DNA from: Octopus sinensis
Lineage: Eukaryota
Direction: 5' to 3'
Assembly: GCF_006345805.1 (NCBI RefSeq)
Contig: NC_042997.1
Span: 2,542,001 to 2,606,000, forward strand
Length of the DNA: 64,000 bases
The translations under genes and the position numbers were made by a program. Below are positions 26,961 through 42,126 of this stretch, piece by piece. The notes under the pieces are model-generated. The model did not search any database. It saw nothing but the letters and a program-made list of their open reading frames with translations, and was not told where the DNA came from. Position 1 is the first letter of the stretch. The number at the start of each line of letters is the position of its first letter.

Positions 26961-27624
26961 TCAGTAATATTAGTAATTTATTAAAGTAATATTTAGTTGT
27001 ACTGTAGCGAATCTCCTCTCAAAATTTAGCGTGATGCAATATATTTTAAACTATTGTAAGTCATTTAATAATTAAATACGTTTTTAGACTTAGTGAGCAT
27101 TCAAAAAGTACAAACAATTATATATAATAAAGCTAGCTGGAGCAAATTAGAAAACGAGAACCAGAAGTCCAGTCGAAAGACGCCTGTTGTTATTTGTAGT
27201 TGTTTGTATTCGTAATTGTGTACCACGTTGTCCATTTTTGTTTGTTTCTTATTTGTCTTTGTTGCCATACACAATCGCTAGCTTTCTTGCAAAGGGTTCT
27301 AACACTCTTAGCTTAGACTTTATGGGGTGCAACAAGATCGAGCCATCTCAAGTGTAACTGCCCGAAAGGGTCATGACATCTGGTACTTGACTGAAGAAAG
27401 AAGGCCACAAGTAAGCCGTCTTTTTTGCCTATCATTCTAATTGTTTTTTCTCTTGTTCTCTTTTGTATTGTCTCACCGAACGTTTTAATACCCTCTATTG
27501 CGCCTTGCTCCATTTATACACACAAACACACACACACAAACACACATATGTATGCATGTATGTATATATATATATAGACGCCATGATAGATCGTTAGCTA
27601 CTACATACATTTTTTACTCTCATT

Positions 27625-27760
27625 GTTTCTCTCCTTGCATTTTCTGTGTACCTTTCTGTAGAAGAGCGTAGGCTCCAAACGTAAAAGATTTTTTTCTATT
27701 CCTGAGCGCTATACTAATACATCTGTTTGTTTGCACACCACCTGCCTTCGTCTTTTGTTT
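27625..27760 (+). mobile_element. Second copy of the 23107-23245 repeat
   Basis: Near-identical sequence; the GAAA motif is changed to CAAA. Confidence 0.75.
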
Positions 27761-27776
27761 ATTTTCGTAAACTTTC

Positions 27777-27817
<41 letters not shown>

Positions 27818-28757
27818 TTTCAGTGTTAAAAAAATAACAACAAACGGAAAATATGGCATGCCTATATACAAAATTAATAACAAAGTGTAGTAAACAAACG
27901 GACATGTACTAAATGCACAAGCGAACAGAAAATACAGAAGGTCGCCCATTTTTCATCAGCTATTGATCTGATGGTGAAACGCAATTTAGCCATTATCGAT
28001 AATATTGCTACCGCTCTGGAGGTACCGACACGAAACTTGCCGGGAATGGGACTAAAACATAAAACGAGATCGTTATTGGACGGTCAAATGACAAAACCAT
28101 AATCACAATAAAGGATAAGGGTCACAAGAAGACACCAATTAATAATGATAATACATATACAACAAAAATGTGAAGGAGAAATGAAAATTATCCTAAAAGA
28201 TTATAGACACGGGATGGGTAGAGCGAGGAGCAAAGAAAATCGTGTCCAGAGTGGTCGAAGGCAACCCACAAAAGAATGACATCGCCTTAGGTCGTCACGG
28301 GTCACGTGATAGTAGGAGGAGGATAACAGAGATAGAAATAGAGAGAGGGGGAAAGAAAGAAGGCGGGAGAGAGTGGAAGAGAGAAGAGTGAGAAAGGGGG
28401 GAATTGGGGCTGAATATGCCACAATCACAACAAAGGAAGTTGTTTCAGGAAATGGAGAAGTAGGTGCGTTTCATATGCAGATTAACCATGGATACACGCT
28501 TATAAATGATAGCGTTTACGGCTGAGTATTTGTATGTTTTCTTTTATTAAAATCTCGCTTAGATGAAATAAAATTCTATCGCAAGTGTCTATGCGTGTAT
28601 CTTTTACAGTGCCTCCTTCACTGTATATAGAACCGCACAGTAAGAAGTGTGAATGCTTTATTTTTACTCTGTGTTTCTCAAGAATTGTATTTGATTTTGC
28701 TGCGTTCACTGATAGCGAATAATTCTTTCTTCAATTTTCACATTTTCAAATACACAC

Positions 28758-28817
<60 letters not shown>

Positions 28818-29484
28818 TATACTTCCTCTGATTGCAAAAAATGTTATATAGGTTGCGTGTCTAATGGAGGAATTGTGTTCAATTTAACAAAATATTATTT
28901 AACATTATGGAATAGAGTAGGTGACATAGCCAAATGATATTATGCAAGAAAGCATTTAATAATCTAAAGGAAACGGAAACTTATTCTGTGCAGTATTGCT
29001 ACAATAATACAGATAATGAATGCAACATTATAAATAACTGCAATTTGTTTATTGCTGAAGCGCCGGTGTACCACTTTACTTGATCAAACCATGCAGTAGA
29101 CTAAATTTTAAGATCTACAGACCTTGAGCACTTTTGCAAAACTAAACTCTGATGTTCTAAAGTAAGTTATGGGAGTTGACATAGAAGCCCATAATTATAC
29201 ATCGAAACATGTGATGGCATCTTCGAAAATCGATAATGAAATACGTCCACCATCAGTCATAGAAACAATCCGAAGATGCACAGTATTATCAAGTCATACA
29301 TTTGCTCCTAAAAGAACATGATATTAGCAGACCTAATTTATATATGCTTCTACTTATATGGGAATGAAATAATAATTGCGCAAACTTACTTTATTTCAGT
29401 GAATCGATTTGTCTGATATTCCTAATAAGTGTTACCTTTTAATATTTCTTCTGACTTTATTATTTCTTATTACTCGAGATACTG

Positions 29485-29657
29485 ATGATCAATTTTTTTT
29501 TCGCTGTAGGCACAATAGCTGGAATCTTCGTGGTGTACTTGATATTCACTTTCCTCATTCCCAATACATAACTGGTATTTATCTTTTTAACCTCGAAGTC
29601 ATAAAAGGCAAAGTTGACCTGGACCTGTGTGGTATTTGAACTTACGGTATTTTTCCG
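29485..29657 (-). mobile_element. Decayed SINE of the 41911-42126 family
   Basis: AACTGGTATTTAT..ACCTCGAAG..AAAAGGCAAAGTTGACCT..ATTTGAACT resembles that element. Confidence 0.55.
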
Positions 29658-29673
29658 ATACGTTACTCATTCT

Positions 29674-30010
29674 GCATGGCTCAGTGGTTAGAGCGTCGAG
29701 CTTACGATCGTGAGGTTGTGAGCTCGAATCCCGGACCGGGCTGCGTGTTGTGTTCTTGAGCAAGGCACTTTATTTCACGTTGCTCTAGTTCACTCAGATG
29801 TAGAAATGAGTTGCGACGTCACTGGTGCTAAGCTGTATCGACCTTTGTCTTTCTCTTGGATAACACTGGTGGCGTGGAGAGAGGAGGTAGGTATGCATGG
29901 GCGACTGCTGGTCTTCCATAAACAACCTTGCTCGGACTTGTGTCTAGGAGGGTAACTTTCTAGGTGCAATCCCATGGTCATTCATGACTGAAGGGGGTCT
30001 TTACCCTTTA
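29674..30010 (+). mobile_element. tRNA-derived SINE of a second family, near full length
   Basis: GGCTCAGTGGTTAGAGCG (A box), GCTCGAATCCC (B box), central GTGTTCTTGAGCAAGGCACTTTATTTCACGTTGCTC, and 3' end GGGGGTCTTTACCCTTTA. Confidence 0.88.
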
Positions 30011-31829
30011 CTCATTCTGCCAGCCTTATTGGTTACAAATACATTAAACATAAGTGACCTGTACGGGCGTATTTAATTGAACATATCGTATAGTTAATGC
30101 AAAAGAATCGATGGTGTTATGAATGTATTTGGTTTAAAATGAATAAACATTTAACAGACACAAATATTTATTTGTAAAGATAACATTGATATAAATGAAA
30201 TTAATTTATACTTGAAAATACATGGTCTCGCTAGCTTTTGCCATATATCATGTGGCGTATATATGCGTACAGTTCTCAATTTAACAAAATATCGGTGCTA
30301 TATGCAGGAATATTAAAACTAACAGTAGGCGTCCTTCAATATGGATTATTCACAGTGAGTTAAGTCCATATTTATTAGCTGCAGTTCAAATTGTTTCGCA
30401 GGTGGATGATGGAGGTGGTGTTTTGAATTTTCATATTAAAAAAATGCACAGAACAAGTAGCGAGAGTCCTTTAAGTGTTTACAGTAATAATCTTAATCAC
30501 GCAATTTCCACGATGATTATAAGTTTCTTTTCAAATACGAATCATATTAGTACTGAAACTGTGAGCTTAAATAAGAAAATCACGAATCTAATCTTAATAA
30601 TTAGATATTTCTCATAAATGTATGGGATTTCCTTAGAATTTATATCTCACTATAAGGTTGTTATACCTGAAATTTTGAAAATTACATTGCGAACGGATGT
30701 CATTATCGTAAACACTGTTACTCGCGTGCACATGCGCATATATATACACATTCGATAATTCAATCATACACACATACACACACATATACACTCATATACG
30801 AATTTCTGTTATTGACTAACATGTAAATGTTCAAAATTAACTTGTTTTAAAGACATATATACGTTTGCTGCATGTCAATGTATATATATATATATGTGTG
30901 CGTGTGTGTGTATATGTACATATATATAATATGTGTATGTATATATGTATCTTGCTATCCAAATTTGTTTTGTTGAGAGAGGTAGATATACTCTACGTAT
31001 GTAGATGGCAAAACAGTGAAAATCCTGATTTATTTAGTTACATATCTTTATGTTCGAAAATCAAATAAAGTAAGGATGAAGTTGATACGTATTTAGCGAA
31101 TCGAAAATCAGTGTCGGCTAAGCACAGAAATTGAGATAGGGACAGTCAGCCTATGTTACAATTTAAAGTTTTTTAATTTGTTTTCATTTTCATCATCTTT
31201 CTTTAATTATTGTCATTGTTTTTATTGTTACGCATGTTGTTATTGTGGGTTTTCTTTTGTGTTAAGAGGAAATTCACGCCCGAAATAGATTCTTTAAAAT
31301 TCCAGAAATTATAACTCTACCCACCGACGAAAATTTTCGATTTTTCTTTTATCAATTAATCCGAGAAACAAATCATTTTCTATTTTGTAGATTTTCCCTT
31401 GTATCTTCCTTTATATTGAGGAATAGGGTGTTAAGAGTTTCTCGTATACAAATTTTATGGGGTTTTTTTATTTAAAAAAATATGCGGAAAAAATTATAAT
31501 CACCAGAATATGAGTGCAAAACTGAACTGTTACTAAATTCAACATCAAAAAGAACAACAGCCATAACAAGAACAGCAACAAAGCACCAACAAGAATGACA
31601 CGAATGATATGTCTCAAAGGAAAAGGAAAATCCATTTTCGTCAGTCCAGTAGTAATCCTGTGAAAAACGCAGTCTCTGTATGTTATACAAGTCGAACTAG
31701 ATTTGGTGTGTACGACATAAAACAGTAAATAAAACAAATGACGAAATATCTGCAAGTTTATAAAGCGTAGAGAGATGACGATGATTTAACCAGAAATTGA
31801 TTGATTGCAACCCGATTAACACTAAGTTT

Positions 31830-32290
31830 CGTGGCAACAGTTTGACAGCATGGGACAGATACTTCTATAGTTAGTAATAAGTTTGGGGCAAGGACAAATG
31901 CCAAAAACTTATAACAATACCTGCGTACATCGGGTAGATGAGGTTTTATTGTGCAAGACTTGACTAAGTGTTCTACATATTCATTGCACTTGAAGAACTA
32001 CCAGCACCCTAAGATCATGTAGTTTTCGAGGATTTTAAAAGAACACCACTGCTGGTGGGAGTGGGAACGCCTATGTGCTGCATAAGTTGCAAAGTGGACT
32101 CCCCCAAGTTTTTGGATGTACAGTGGTAAACAAAAGATGTGTGGGCATTTTTTTACCTTTACAGGAAACAACTTGGCCGCTTCATCCACAAGAATAGGGG
32201 GTGTGCCAACTGCAGAAACTATACCGTTACACACTACTTGGAAAAGAGTTTCAAAGAGGTCTCACCAATACCATTAACGTCAATTGAAAT
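31830..32290 (+). pseudogene. Highly decayed piggyBac-like transposase C-terminal remnant
   Basis: Across frames: VSNKFG, YNNT..RVDEV (compare YN..MGGVD), NAYVLHK, and CANCRNYTVTHY (compare the C-terminal cysteine-rich CxxC domain), in the order expected for PGBD-type transposases. Manual translation only. Confidence 0.35.
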
Positions 32291-32517
32291 TAAAGCAAGG
32301 CAAAGACATTCCAAGCAAACTCTTTTCTCACCTCTGCCCACAAGACGAACTCAAAAGTACTTAGTATGATAACGAAGTAGGAAGACAAAGAGAAAACTGT
32401 TCCAGCAATCACGAACACGAAACTAAACGGGCAATTTATGCAACGACGAAAACCATCGAACCATCCGACGACGACGACGACGATGACATCGACAAAAACA
32501 ACAGCAACAGCAGTGCA

Positions 32518-32554
<37 letters not shown>

Positions 32555-33182
32555 TAGCATAAAAAAGAAGCTACATTAGGTAAAACAATAAAAATAAAGG
32601 AAGAATGTAAAAAGTAACTGCACATGAAAAATACGAACAACCACAGCGGTGATAAGATCAAACTAAAACCAGCAGCAAGAACACAAACAAAAATAGATAT
32701 AAGTGCTGATGCAGCAACAACAGCATGAACAACAGAAAATAGCGTAGGTTAGAATTAGCGTTGGCTAGAATTAGAAAATATACAGCTATAGGTGATAGTA
32801 TCGCAGAGAGATAATGCGTAGCCGTTTAGACGGGGCCTAATTAAAAAGCATAGCAAACAATACGCTCGTGGCAAGAAATGCTGCCCAATAAGCGATTTGC
32901 CCAAGCTACGCGCATATTTCATAATACAATAATACGAAGGTGTGGGAGCATTTCAATGAGCCTTATTGTCTATGCTGCGTTTATGGTGTCCCATCATTTG
33001 TCCTATTTCACACTTTTTGTACGTTTAAGTCTGATGTCTTTCTTTCCTAGCATACTCTACAAAAACACCACCATTCTTTTGTAATTTTTACTGATAATAT
33101 GGTCTCAGGTGTTGCCATTCTGGCAAACAAAAACGCTTTTGTTACCATTACTAGTACTATTAATATTATTTATATTATTTTT

Positions 33183-33300
33183 ATCATGATCATCATGATC
33201 ATCATCATCATGATCCCCATCATCGTCGTCATGATCATGATCATCATGAACATCATCATCATCGTTGCTTTCGTTAATGATGTTGTTATTATTACATCAT
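33183..33300. repeat. Degenerate (ATC)n microsatellite
   Basis: Direct inspection. Confidence 0.9.
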
Positions 33301-33869
33301 CAGCATTTCCTTAAAATAGTCAAACGATAAAGTTAGATGATAAAAATTACTATAACCTGTGCGATAGCCTGAATTACCAGAGCGTTTTAGTCACGCTTAC
33401 TCATGCATACATAGATAAATACTGATCAAATAAGGGTGATCAATTATTTAGCTACAGATCCCTCGTGAGTTGCCTTGTATATCAGCGATGATAGAGTAAG
33501 ATAAACATCATTATTAATTTTCCCCACACCAATTACCTTATTGAATGTTATCAGAAATATCCGCTAGTTTTATCAAAGAATTTAGTCTCAAGGTTTTCCC
33601 CTTTCCTGTTTATAAACGTGTGTGTTTGTATATTATGTTTATATAATAATCAGATGATATTAAAATGAGTAAATCCTTTATAAAAAGCATATTTATTTAC
33701 ACTACCGAGCTGTTTAATTAATGCGATATAGTACAACATAACGATATTACAATACTCGACAAAATATATATTTATAGCGTAGCATTTAAAATATCCATAA
33801 CTTATTAAGATAATAAGACTAATAACTTTCATAGTTATCGGCTTTGACTTAATCATTAGGTTCGCTTTA

Positions 33870-34266
33870 TCTTTATATATAAAAGTCAAGTTGTGTGTCT
33901 GTCTCCTACGATTTAGGTTCCTAACTACTCCCACATTTTGCGGTGCAGTGTAACCAAAAGCGGGTATCTTATAGTCGTGATTCATATCGAGCCATTTCTG
34001 GGTATTAGCGCGCGTCTACGATGAGTCTACGATTTAAAAAAAAAATTACCATAATTTTTCCGTATTTATAATGCATTTTCGCTCGGTTTATATAAGGGAA
34101 GTAACTCTCTAAAAATGTATTATTAAATCTCAGAACGTAAAAAGCTACAGTAACACCCCCCTTTGTGGTTAGCCATATTGAGATGGCTATTATACTTTAC
34201 ATCTCTAAAAATGCTTATATAGCTATTTCCCTTACAATCCCGAGCAACGTCGGGTGATACTGCTAG
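33870..34266 (+). mobile_element. Non-autonomous Helitron (397 bp)
   Basis: 5' end TC (TCTTTATATATAAAAG) follows A33869; 3' end CTAG (34263-34266) precedes T34267; subterminal GC-rich hairpin CCCGA-GCAACG-TCGGG at 34239-34254; no TSD. Confidence 0.85.
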
Positions 34267-34832
34267 TTGAATATAATTTTTACTTGTTTATCAACGTTTT
34301 CCGCGTGATATTTCTTACATCACCTTTTTTCTAAGAATTCATTATATTTTTCTATGTAACGAAATTCATCACATGTAGAACTTCAAGATATATTGAGTGT
34401 ATAAATCATATGACATCAACATATTTCGTAGAGACTGAACGACCGCTATCTGACCAGCTCATCCTGCGTTTTCATGAGCAACCTCTCCATTCCCTAGTTG
34501 CCCCAGTGTTGTGATTTACGGATCATTCTACTCAATATCTCTTAAGTTTTGTGATATCTGTATACGTGGGTGCTCGAGAATTTCGTCGACAATGCGAAAC
34601 GAATTCAACCACTAATCTCATTCAGTTAACAGGTGCATTCACCTCACTACATATATTCACGCTTACACAACATACTTCCTTCTCAGATTCACATACTTGT
34701 TCCAGTGGTCCTTCCATATCTCTAAGAACTGAAAAAGAACTCAGTCTTTCCTGATACCCTTGAAGCCAGGAGCTTTAAGCACACCTTCTTACACACACAC
34801 ACTCACACACACACACACACATACGTACATAC

Positions 34833-34863
<31 letters not shown>

Positions 34864-35802
34864 CATACACACATACATACATATATATATATATATCTGT
34901 GAGTATACAATGAAAATCAAGGAAGAGGAGAAAATTTTGTCGTATTAATGCGGAAATTACAGCTCTTGTACACTGACTTTGAATTCTCATTGATAACCAG
35001 CATAATAAGTGCATTAGCTTATGCACCAACAAAGTTGCACAAAAACTTAGAAATACTCGTTTTCACGGAGAAATATCAAAAGAAACTAATGTGAACTCTC
35101 CAAATCCAATCTCTTAGTAGCACATACTAAAAAGTCTCCGTTTGAGTTTCTTATGTGAATAAATGCACACACTTAGGTTATTGAATGGGTAGTTCAACCA
35201 GCACAACTCAACTACATATTTACAAACACCGGACATTCTCATAACACACAGACTTCTGCCTCTTCGTTATCGACCAGCTGGAACACTCTCAAGAATAAAA
35301 CTTAAAGAAACACCGTACGTTCATACTTATTTATACTTATCCTTGCACACGAATTCATCTCGACACTGCTGATGCAGACGATTATGTATACGTGCACATA
35401 CACATAACGTCACGAGTATAAACCATACATCTTAAAATATATATAATGAGTTCACAACGCACAGAATAATTTCATACACAGACAGGAAGATGTAATCCAT
35501 AATTTTCGCTGAATTACCTCCCCCTGTAGTTATTATGCAAATCAAAAAAAGAAATTGTGTGTTTTTATGCCTTTAGTTTTCCTCTAAATTCTACAATATA
35601 GATCTTTATAGAAAAAACATTGTTCCTTATTTTTGCTTTGTTTTACTCTGCGTAAAACGATTCTCTGTCTAAATACCTGAATAACATTCACTCTGAACTT
35701 CAATACATTTACTTGCTCTTATTAATTTATCAAGCGTTAAGCTAATTTCATTAACATTGCTTCAACTGTTTCATGTGTTTGCAACATACACAGTGTAAGA
35801 GA

Positions 35803-35841
<39 letters not shown>

Positions 35842-37784
35842 TGGAGCAGGAGGGTGAAAGCGAAACGCATTGACACATACACATATAGGCACGGACCTGA
35901 CAGACACGCTCTCATATATACGTGCATAAACGTTTCGTATATACACTCACATATCTCGTAAGGAAATGATATTCAATGATAGCATTTGTGGTTTTCAGAA
36001 TATCAATCATTAAAGGCATGCTCCTTTGAAAGAAACTGCGTAAGTTTTATTCCTTTTACATTGTCTTTGTTCCAACAATAATGTCAATGAGTATTTGATA
36101 GAAAGGACACATATTTTCAATACTGGTTCATTCTTTATCATGTCAAATGTTATTTCCAAGTATTTGGACTTTTGTAGCCGCCTTTTGTCACGAAAGTAGA
36201 TAAAGAATTTTGCCATGTATGAAGTCAGTTTGTTTTACAAGGTAGAGAAGAAATTCTTAATATCACGTCCTTTTGTCGGATTGCATAAGATTGTGTTTCA
36301 TATCAAGCACACTTTCTTAACAAAGAAACAGCCAAATTATCTAGCAAATAAAAAATTTCAGACAACGTACATAAGCCTAATAATAGCATATTATTCCATC
36401 TGTGAATCATATGCACTTAAATACATGTTTCTAAGATAGCTGGATGACTAATGATATGTGCAAGTAGTCGATAAAATGATAGGCAGTTACAATTTCTAAG
36501 TTTCATTGACTATGGACTCTGCCCCTGAAACTGCACCAATATTTTCCAATTTCTTCTCAGAAAAGATAAATGCATTTGCTTTCTTGGTACATCGCTCACT
36601 ATCGCCTATAAAATCACATTCCGGGCCTTTCAAAACCTCATGCTCTCTATCATGAACATGTCTACGAATACAATTATAAATCATTTGTAAGCCTGATTTC
36701 CAGCTACAACCAATATTGATATTAACTTGAATTTATTGTACTCAGAGCAAGCGCTGAGCAAAAGCGTAGCAAACGCCGAAAAACAAAACATATAACTCAG
36801 CAGGATTGCATTTTTTTAAAGTAATCATTACTTGCAAGCTCATACACAATCTACGCAGTAAAGCCCAAAACTTCCAAAAGCCTATCAAGATATTTCAAAA
36901 CTACGCCTTTAAATCTTAAATCTAGGAAATTCGACGCCAGATCAACATAGAATAATGGACCACTCAAACTTTTCTAACCGACATTATCTACTTAAACTAA
37001 GCAACTGAGTTGAAGTGTATATTTCTGTTATTTTCATGTGACCCTAACATTTCAGCGCTTCGCTTTTGAAAGTTCTCACGACGTGTCTAAATTGCCAGTG
37101 TCTCTATTCGTAATACGCTGGTCACGTATCTACCACGATAATTACTACCTCTATTTAGAGTGTTTCGAATTTAACGTCATTTATTACCCGTTTTATAAGC
37201 CCTGTAGAATACATCGAATATTGAGATTCCTTATTTATTTCATACTCTTCCAATCACCTTTAATGTCCACATTATCCCCCACTCTTTCATTGTCTTCCAG
37301 TCCATCTAGTGTACACCATAAAAATTATCTAACGCTTCTGAGTTAGTATTTAAGTGTTTATTCAAACTAGCGGGACCTACGAATATTTCAAGAAATTAAT
37401 GGGAAACCTGTCAGGTTATGTCTGAAAACTTTACCCGAAAAACCTTAAAGTGCTTCCTGTATTGTATCTGAATAAAATACATAAGAGAAAGAAATTGGAA
37501 TTCGATTTTTACTTGAGGCATTTTATATATACACTTTATATACTTTATGCCGAATTTTATAGTCTTAATAAACAGCACTCATAAAATAAATATTCACACT
37601 TATTTTTCCATTTTTCCTATTAAAAAAAGATATCGCGTACATAGAATACAACCTTCAAATAAATTGTATATATCTGCCAAGTAAATAAGAGTGAATATTT
37701 CACGGAATTGAACTTATACGCATGCGTGAAGTGATAGGTGATATAAAACAATAGTTAAATTTTAAGAAGATGCACTTTTCACTA

Positions 37785-38215
37785 TGCGATACTTACCGCC
37801 ACCTCAACTACCACCACTGCTCCACCGCGACCAGCATCATCTCGCTCTCCCACTCTTTCCTCTCTCCCTTTCTCTCCCTCCTTTAACTTTCTTCATCTCT
37901 TCTCCCTCTCTCCTGTCTATTCCCCTTCTCACTCTCTCTGCCTTTTTTATCATCACCATCAGTACATCACCCCTCTGCTAAAATTATATATCTAAGTCTC
38001 TTTAAACCACATATTAAATACTACGTTCCTCCTACCTCACAACCTGGACGATTCTCTCTGCCTCTTTTTTATTTCTCTCTGTTTGTGTTTCACTCTTCGC
38101 CTTATCCTTTTTTTTCTGATTTTACTTCCTCCACTCAACTAATCATGCGAAAGCGTTACAATTACGTTACTTCAATCTAATGTCATGATTGCTTTTCTCT
38201 CCCTCTTTTTCTCCC
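37785..38215. repeat. Pyrimidine-rich low-complexity tract
   Basis: CT-rich degenerate repeats. Confidence 0.7.
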
Positions 38216-40685
38216 AATTAATCTGTAATCACGTGAAAGAGTGACGAGTTAAGTTACACAATATAAATAAATACAATCATACATATATACACGTGTAGTA
38301 CATACATACGTACATACTGTTATATCGCACGTTAGGATGACCTCTACTTAACTTTTGACTTCTAAACTTCTCCCTCTATATCTACGTATTGGGCTAGACT
38401 ACGTCATCTGGGAGCGTCCACACAACACATATATACATGCATACACACAAACAAATCACACACACACATATATGCATACATATATATACATATGCGCATA
38501 AATGCATACACTTTTATGTATAGGTGTATACACTTTTAAGCATATTTGTATATACATATATGTGTAAAATTGTATTATGTATGTGTATATGTATATATGT
38601 ATGTATGTATGCATGCATCTATGTATGTATGTAATGCTTACATACGTATTTGTGTTTGTGCCTTTGAGTATAAGAGCATGTTTTCAAATGGCAAAAACCT
38701 TTGAATTACGTCCCTGAGCGTTGGCAATGTAAAGGAATCGGAGGAACAATAACATTGTAACCAGGGGTAAAGTATGTTAAAATAAATTGTTCATGGAGCC
38801 GATAACGTATGTGCAATTGCTTGACGAAGAAAAACAAAATTCCGTTAAATACATAATAGAAACCCGTGAATGCATATTAAATGTTAAAGTATCATACATT
38901 GTAAAAGGCATCTGATATAATGCGTTTTTTAAATTCCAAGAGGAAAAGTAATTTGTTGAATAAAAACATAAATATATGCAATTGAAAGGCACAAGCGTTA
39001 CTATTTGATCCGACATACTAATGACTCGTTAATGGAATGAAAGGAAATGACTAAGCTCATTTTATCAACTTGACAGATATCAGCTCTAGCCATTGCAATT
39101 TGTTGAACTTTGCATTACATTAATTATTGTATGATGCTAATATCTAGGTACGAATTTTCCGAGACTGTATAATTGAAAATACAGGCTCAAAAGTTTATTC
39201 CTCGGAATAGTTGATGCTAATTATGAGCGAATTCCAACGTAGGAAACGTTATTTTAGTGAAAATATATTTTCTGATATTATTAAACAAGATATATTTAGA
39301 AATATTACTTACTTATGAGAAGCATTTAATGAATAAATTATGTAAGTCGTTTTCAATGCTTAAGCAATTAACTAATTAGGAAATGCTGACTAATTAAAAT
39401 ATCACTTTAATTTTGATGTTTACTTTTTGTGGCATAACAAACTATAATTAAATGTTATAAAACTCGTTGTTATTTTCGTACACTGCGTCTGCTTTTGCAA
39501 ATTAATTCCAACCATTATTGATTAACACCCGAATAAGCAACACAGACATACACAAAGAAATGCACATCAGGATAAGCAACATAGACACATATACACACAC
39601 ATGCATACACGCGCACACAAATACTCTGACATCCACTCAGACAAACACACACACACGTGCATGCAAGCACACACATTGCAAACACACACATGCACACATA
39701 TATGGTATTTTGAACATTACAAAGAAAATATTGACATGGGCTACCTATTTACTTATAGACTTTTTGACACTCTCTGATATTCTGGGAAAGATAACTAAGG
39801 TGAACCTTCAAATTTTACCTTCTAAAAATATCTCATAATGTATTCAGCAATATTGCCTCCAATAGTCACTGTGTCACACACACACATACACACACAACAT
39901 TATCATAAGTGTCTCTGTGTTTGTGAATAGATTATACAGTGGTAATTATTCATCCTTCATGTGTACGATATGCACATACTTGTACAAGTAAAATATACAT
40001 TAAGGCAGGCAACTAGAATCACTGTATGAAAATATTTTTTTCGCTATATCATCCACGTCTGAAAACATATGTTAGCAATTTTCGATGGTGGAACGTGCCT
40101 CAATTTCCATTTCAGTCATTGCTCTTAGAGTGCAACGAGATGGAAAATAAAAGTAAGGCCTCACGCCCAACACACTTACTGTTCTTCTTGTTTACCGCCC
40201 TTTCGAACTCAACACAAAATGTACAAAAAATAAAAATAAATAAAAGGAAAAAGAGAAATTCGTTTATACACCCTTATGCAAGCACTTGGACAAAAAATGT
40301 TTAGAGCAAACTCCACAGGATTAAAATATGCCATCGGCTCAGTTACATCAATAACAGCTTTCAAGATTGTATCGATATGTGGTTACTGTCCACCGACAGT
40401 AAAACTAAATAAAATGCATTTGTGATGTTTCCTGAAGTCGTAAAGTGGAGTAGCAACCTTCAATCTAATCTTATCCAAATGGCTTCCTGGCGCAGTACTT
40501 ATACACTATTATTTATAGAATTATCTGCAAAGAATAAAGGATTATTTGACGATCTCTCGGAGTCTCTAAACTCTTTACGCCGATATGCAGTTGCATCTGT
40601 CGATGCACACAAACACACATACACACACCAAACACACACATACGTAAAAACACAACAAACATATACACACTCATATATATATATA

Positions 40686-40739
<54 letters not shown>

Positions 40740-41031
40740 CACATATATTAACACACGTTTGCATACACATAAACACAGATACAGGACGAGTAAACCTAAA
40801 TCTGTAGTCGTAGACTGACCATCGTCCTGATTCTAAAATGAATTTTTCAATTCTCCTTCGGCATACGGCCTACTCAAATGTCAAAAGAAGTGTTGACAAA
40901 TGGGTGCTCCTCTTGACCTCTATCATTTTCAGTGCATTCGCAGTCAACTGGATTCCGAAAACCTATTCTTCTATATAGCATCTCAGCATAGAAGCAGTAA
41001 AGGCAAAGATAATGACGGGTATTACTGCTAG

Positions 41032-41139
<108 letters not shown>

Positions 41140-41315
41140 CTCTATAATGTTGCCACTTGATATGAACATTTTTGTATTAATGGAAAACCTCTATAATTGG
41201 CTGATGAGTGCTCAGCATTTTAAAACTGTTGTAATACTTACAACATTTAATAAAATGATGTAGTACGAAACGATCGTACCAAATTACCGGAGTCATTCTT
41301 GTTGCTTATTTTGAC

Positions 41316-41367
41316 TATATATATATATATATATATATATGGAGAAGCGTGCACTGATATATATATA

Positions 41368-41408
<41 letters not shown>

Positions 41409-41419
41409 AGAAGCGTGCG

Positions 41420-41474
<55 letters not shown>
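41316..41474 (+). repeat. (TA)n array containing two copies of GGAGAAGCGTGC(A/G)CTG
   Basis: Copies at 41341-41356 and 41407-41422, one mismatch. Confidence 0.9.
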
Positions 41475-41476
<2 letters not shown>

Positions 41477-41910
41477 GTAATTTAGACATTAATAATAGGA
41501 TGTAAAATGTTTATAAGCAAGGTCTCGCTGTTTATGTACTTATCGTATTTGAGCATTGAGAAATACAAAAACAACATCAAGAATAGCCCTGCCTTTATTC
41601 TTTTTAACTGTCATATGGATGAAGCGTAAGAGCTATAGTAGTTTATGTCTTTTACTCTGGGGTCCCTGTATTCTACAGTAGGCTAGATGTTTCGTCACAC
41701 TCTTAAAAACGTTCACACGAAAACGCATATGCGCATGCTGCTGTTTATTTATATATCCGTTGAAGGAAATTATAACATACATACATATCCATCCATCCTT
41801 ACATACATCCATACATCTATATACATATATTCATGCATAAATAGACACACATACACGCACACACATATATACATATAGAGATATAGACACAGACACACAT
41901 GCGCACAGAT

Positions 41911-42126
41911 ATTCTTTTTTACTCAAGGCACAAGAACCGAAACATTTGGTGAGGGGTCAGTCGATTACATCGACCCCAGTACGCAAATGGTACTTAATTT
42001 ATCGACCCCAAAAGGATGACAGGTAAAGTCGACCTCGGCGGAATTTGAACTCGGAACGTAAAGACTGACGAAATACTGCTTCGCATTTCGCCCGGTGTGC
42101 TAACGTTTCAGCCAGTTCGCCGCCTT
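41911..42126 (-). mobile_element. tRNA-derived SINE of a third family
   Basis: Reverse complement reads AGGCGGCGAACTGGCTGAAACGTTAGC...GAGTTCAAATTCCGCCGAGGTCGACTTTACC...GGGGTCGATAAATTAAGTACC with an A-rich tail. Confidence 0.88.
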
